Shown here: positions 63,245 to 64,000 of the stretch, piece by piece
How positions within the stretch are numbered: position 1 is the stretch's first letter
How the letters are laid out: each line of letters opens with the position of its first letter
NCBI GenBank assembly: GCA_965603825.1
Contig: CBFDEM010000058.1
Span: 434,001 to 498,000, forward strand
Length of the DNA stretch: 64,000 nucleotides
Reading direction: 5' to 3'
Source: Blepharisma stoltei ATCC 30299
Taxonomy: Eukaryota > Protista > Ciliophora
Position numbers and translations under genes: made by a program
The notes under the pieces: generated by a model
Database searches by the model: none
Told to the model about the DNA's origin: nothing
The model's input: the letters and a program-made list of their open reading frames with translations, nothing else

Positions 63245-63431
63245 TATTAAATGCAGTAAAACACCCTTTCTTGATAGCTTAATTTTTAACTCTAATAAAA
63301 TTTATCTGAAATTCAAGAAAATATCCATTCGATACTAATTTTATCTTCTAATTTATTTCTATTTAATTTTCTATAAGCTTTTCCACGCTTTCCCTTTTAA
63401 TTCATTCGAACGAATTTCCATTAAAATTCAT

Positions 63432-64000
63432 ATGATCGCCCCAAAGGTCTCTCGGACCAACTCCATTCAAGAAATAAAAGATCTAGAAGAGCCTTCAAAT
63501 AATCTGGGAGATAACCAAACAACTTTTTATAATATCGATACAGATCGAGACAACAAGACCCCCAAGCCTGCACTCAACTTTCGCAGCAAAGTTGTCGAAA
63601 TTCTTGATTCCTACTACATGATGTGCTTTATGGGCGTTTTATCAATTTGAACATTATTTGGTGATGATATTCGTACAGCCGCTTGCACAAAATCAGATGA
63701 CGATACTTTCTACGCAGTTGCAACTGCTTGCTTTTCAGTTTTTGGATTCGAATTTCTTGTATGTTGTGCATGTAAGGACAAGTATATTTTCTCCTTCTAT
63801 TTCTGGCTTGATTTGGTATCCACACTTTCATTAATTCCTGATATAGGATGGATGTGGGATCCAATTATAGGAGTTGACGAAAATGATGAAGGAGGCGAAT
63901 CAGTCTATAAGCAAGCTAACCAGCAGTCAAGCTTCGCTACAAGTGCAGCCAAGGTGCTAAGAATTGTAAGGCTGATAAGGCTGATTCGTATTGTGAGGCT
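63432..64000 (+). CDS. N-terminal ion-channel/voltage-sensor domain, probably alveolate ion-channel adenylyl cyclase (partial; runs off the window)
   Basis: TGA 63648 reads I-W-TLFGDDIR; YIFSFYFWLDLVSTLSLIPDIGW; S4 helix KVLRIVRLIRLIRIVR. The catalytic domain is not in the window. Confidence 0.75.

Noticed and set aside
1178-63864. Short antisense or alternate-frame ORFs (e.g. 11786-12106, 13607-14062, 55922-56350, 52839-53150)
   Set aside because: Shadows of well-supported overlapping genes.
1-64000. Many apparent pseudogenes or split genes in the ORF track
   Set aside because: The breaks are TGA=Trp codons or micro-introns, and the genes reconstruct intact.
1-64000. TGA as selenocysteine, or a Mycoplasma/mitochondrial origin
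   Set aside because: TGA aligns with Trp rather than Cys, and spliceosomal introns, a eukaryotic initiator tRNA and ciliate-type genes indicate nuclear DNA.
1-64000. Telomere repeats, transposases, or IESs interrupting genes
   Set aside because: No CCCTAACA-type arrays or transposase motifs were seen, and coding frames need no insertions removed other than introns.

Overview
Eukaryotic, AT-rich, very gene-dense DNA that reads as a heterotrich ciliate macronuclear chromosome segment, most consistent with Blepharisma. In-frame TGA encodes Trp at invariant positions (DHHCP-W, F-W-AGDLNYR, PA-W-CDRIL-W), only TAA/TAG terminate, and genes carry tiny GTA...AG introns of mostly 15 nt. The supplied ORF track is therefore fragmented. 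Re-reading gives about 39 protein genes and one initiator tRNA-Met. Recognisable genes include a BRCT-PolX polymerase, LRR proteins, a signal-peptide SET methyltransferase, RNA 3'-phosphate cyclase, ankyrin-DHHC, PPT1, a PX sorting nexin, LMF, RNPS1-like, an AGC kinase, OCRL-like, TMEM237-like, a KHA/DCX-Ras fusion, a 2107-aa P4-ATPase-guanylyl cyclase, PP2C, duplicated F-box/FBA genes, CK1, paired RING/B-box/PHR genes and the start of an ion-channel-type adenylyl cyclase. The best candidate for an undescribed system is a co-oriented cluster of RTCA, tRNA-iMet and an F-box/RCC1/SAM/MJ1316 fusion, which may link RNA cyclic-phosphate ends to SCF ubiquitination. All domain calls come from motif recognition by eye; no searches were run.
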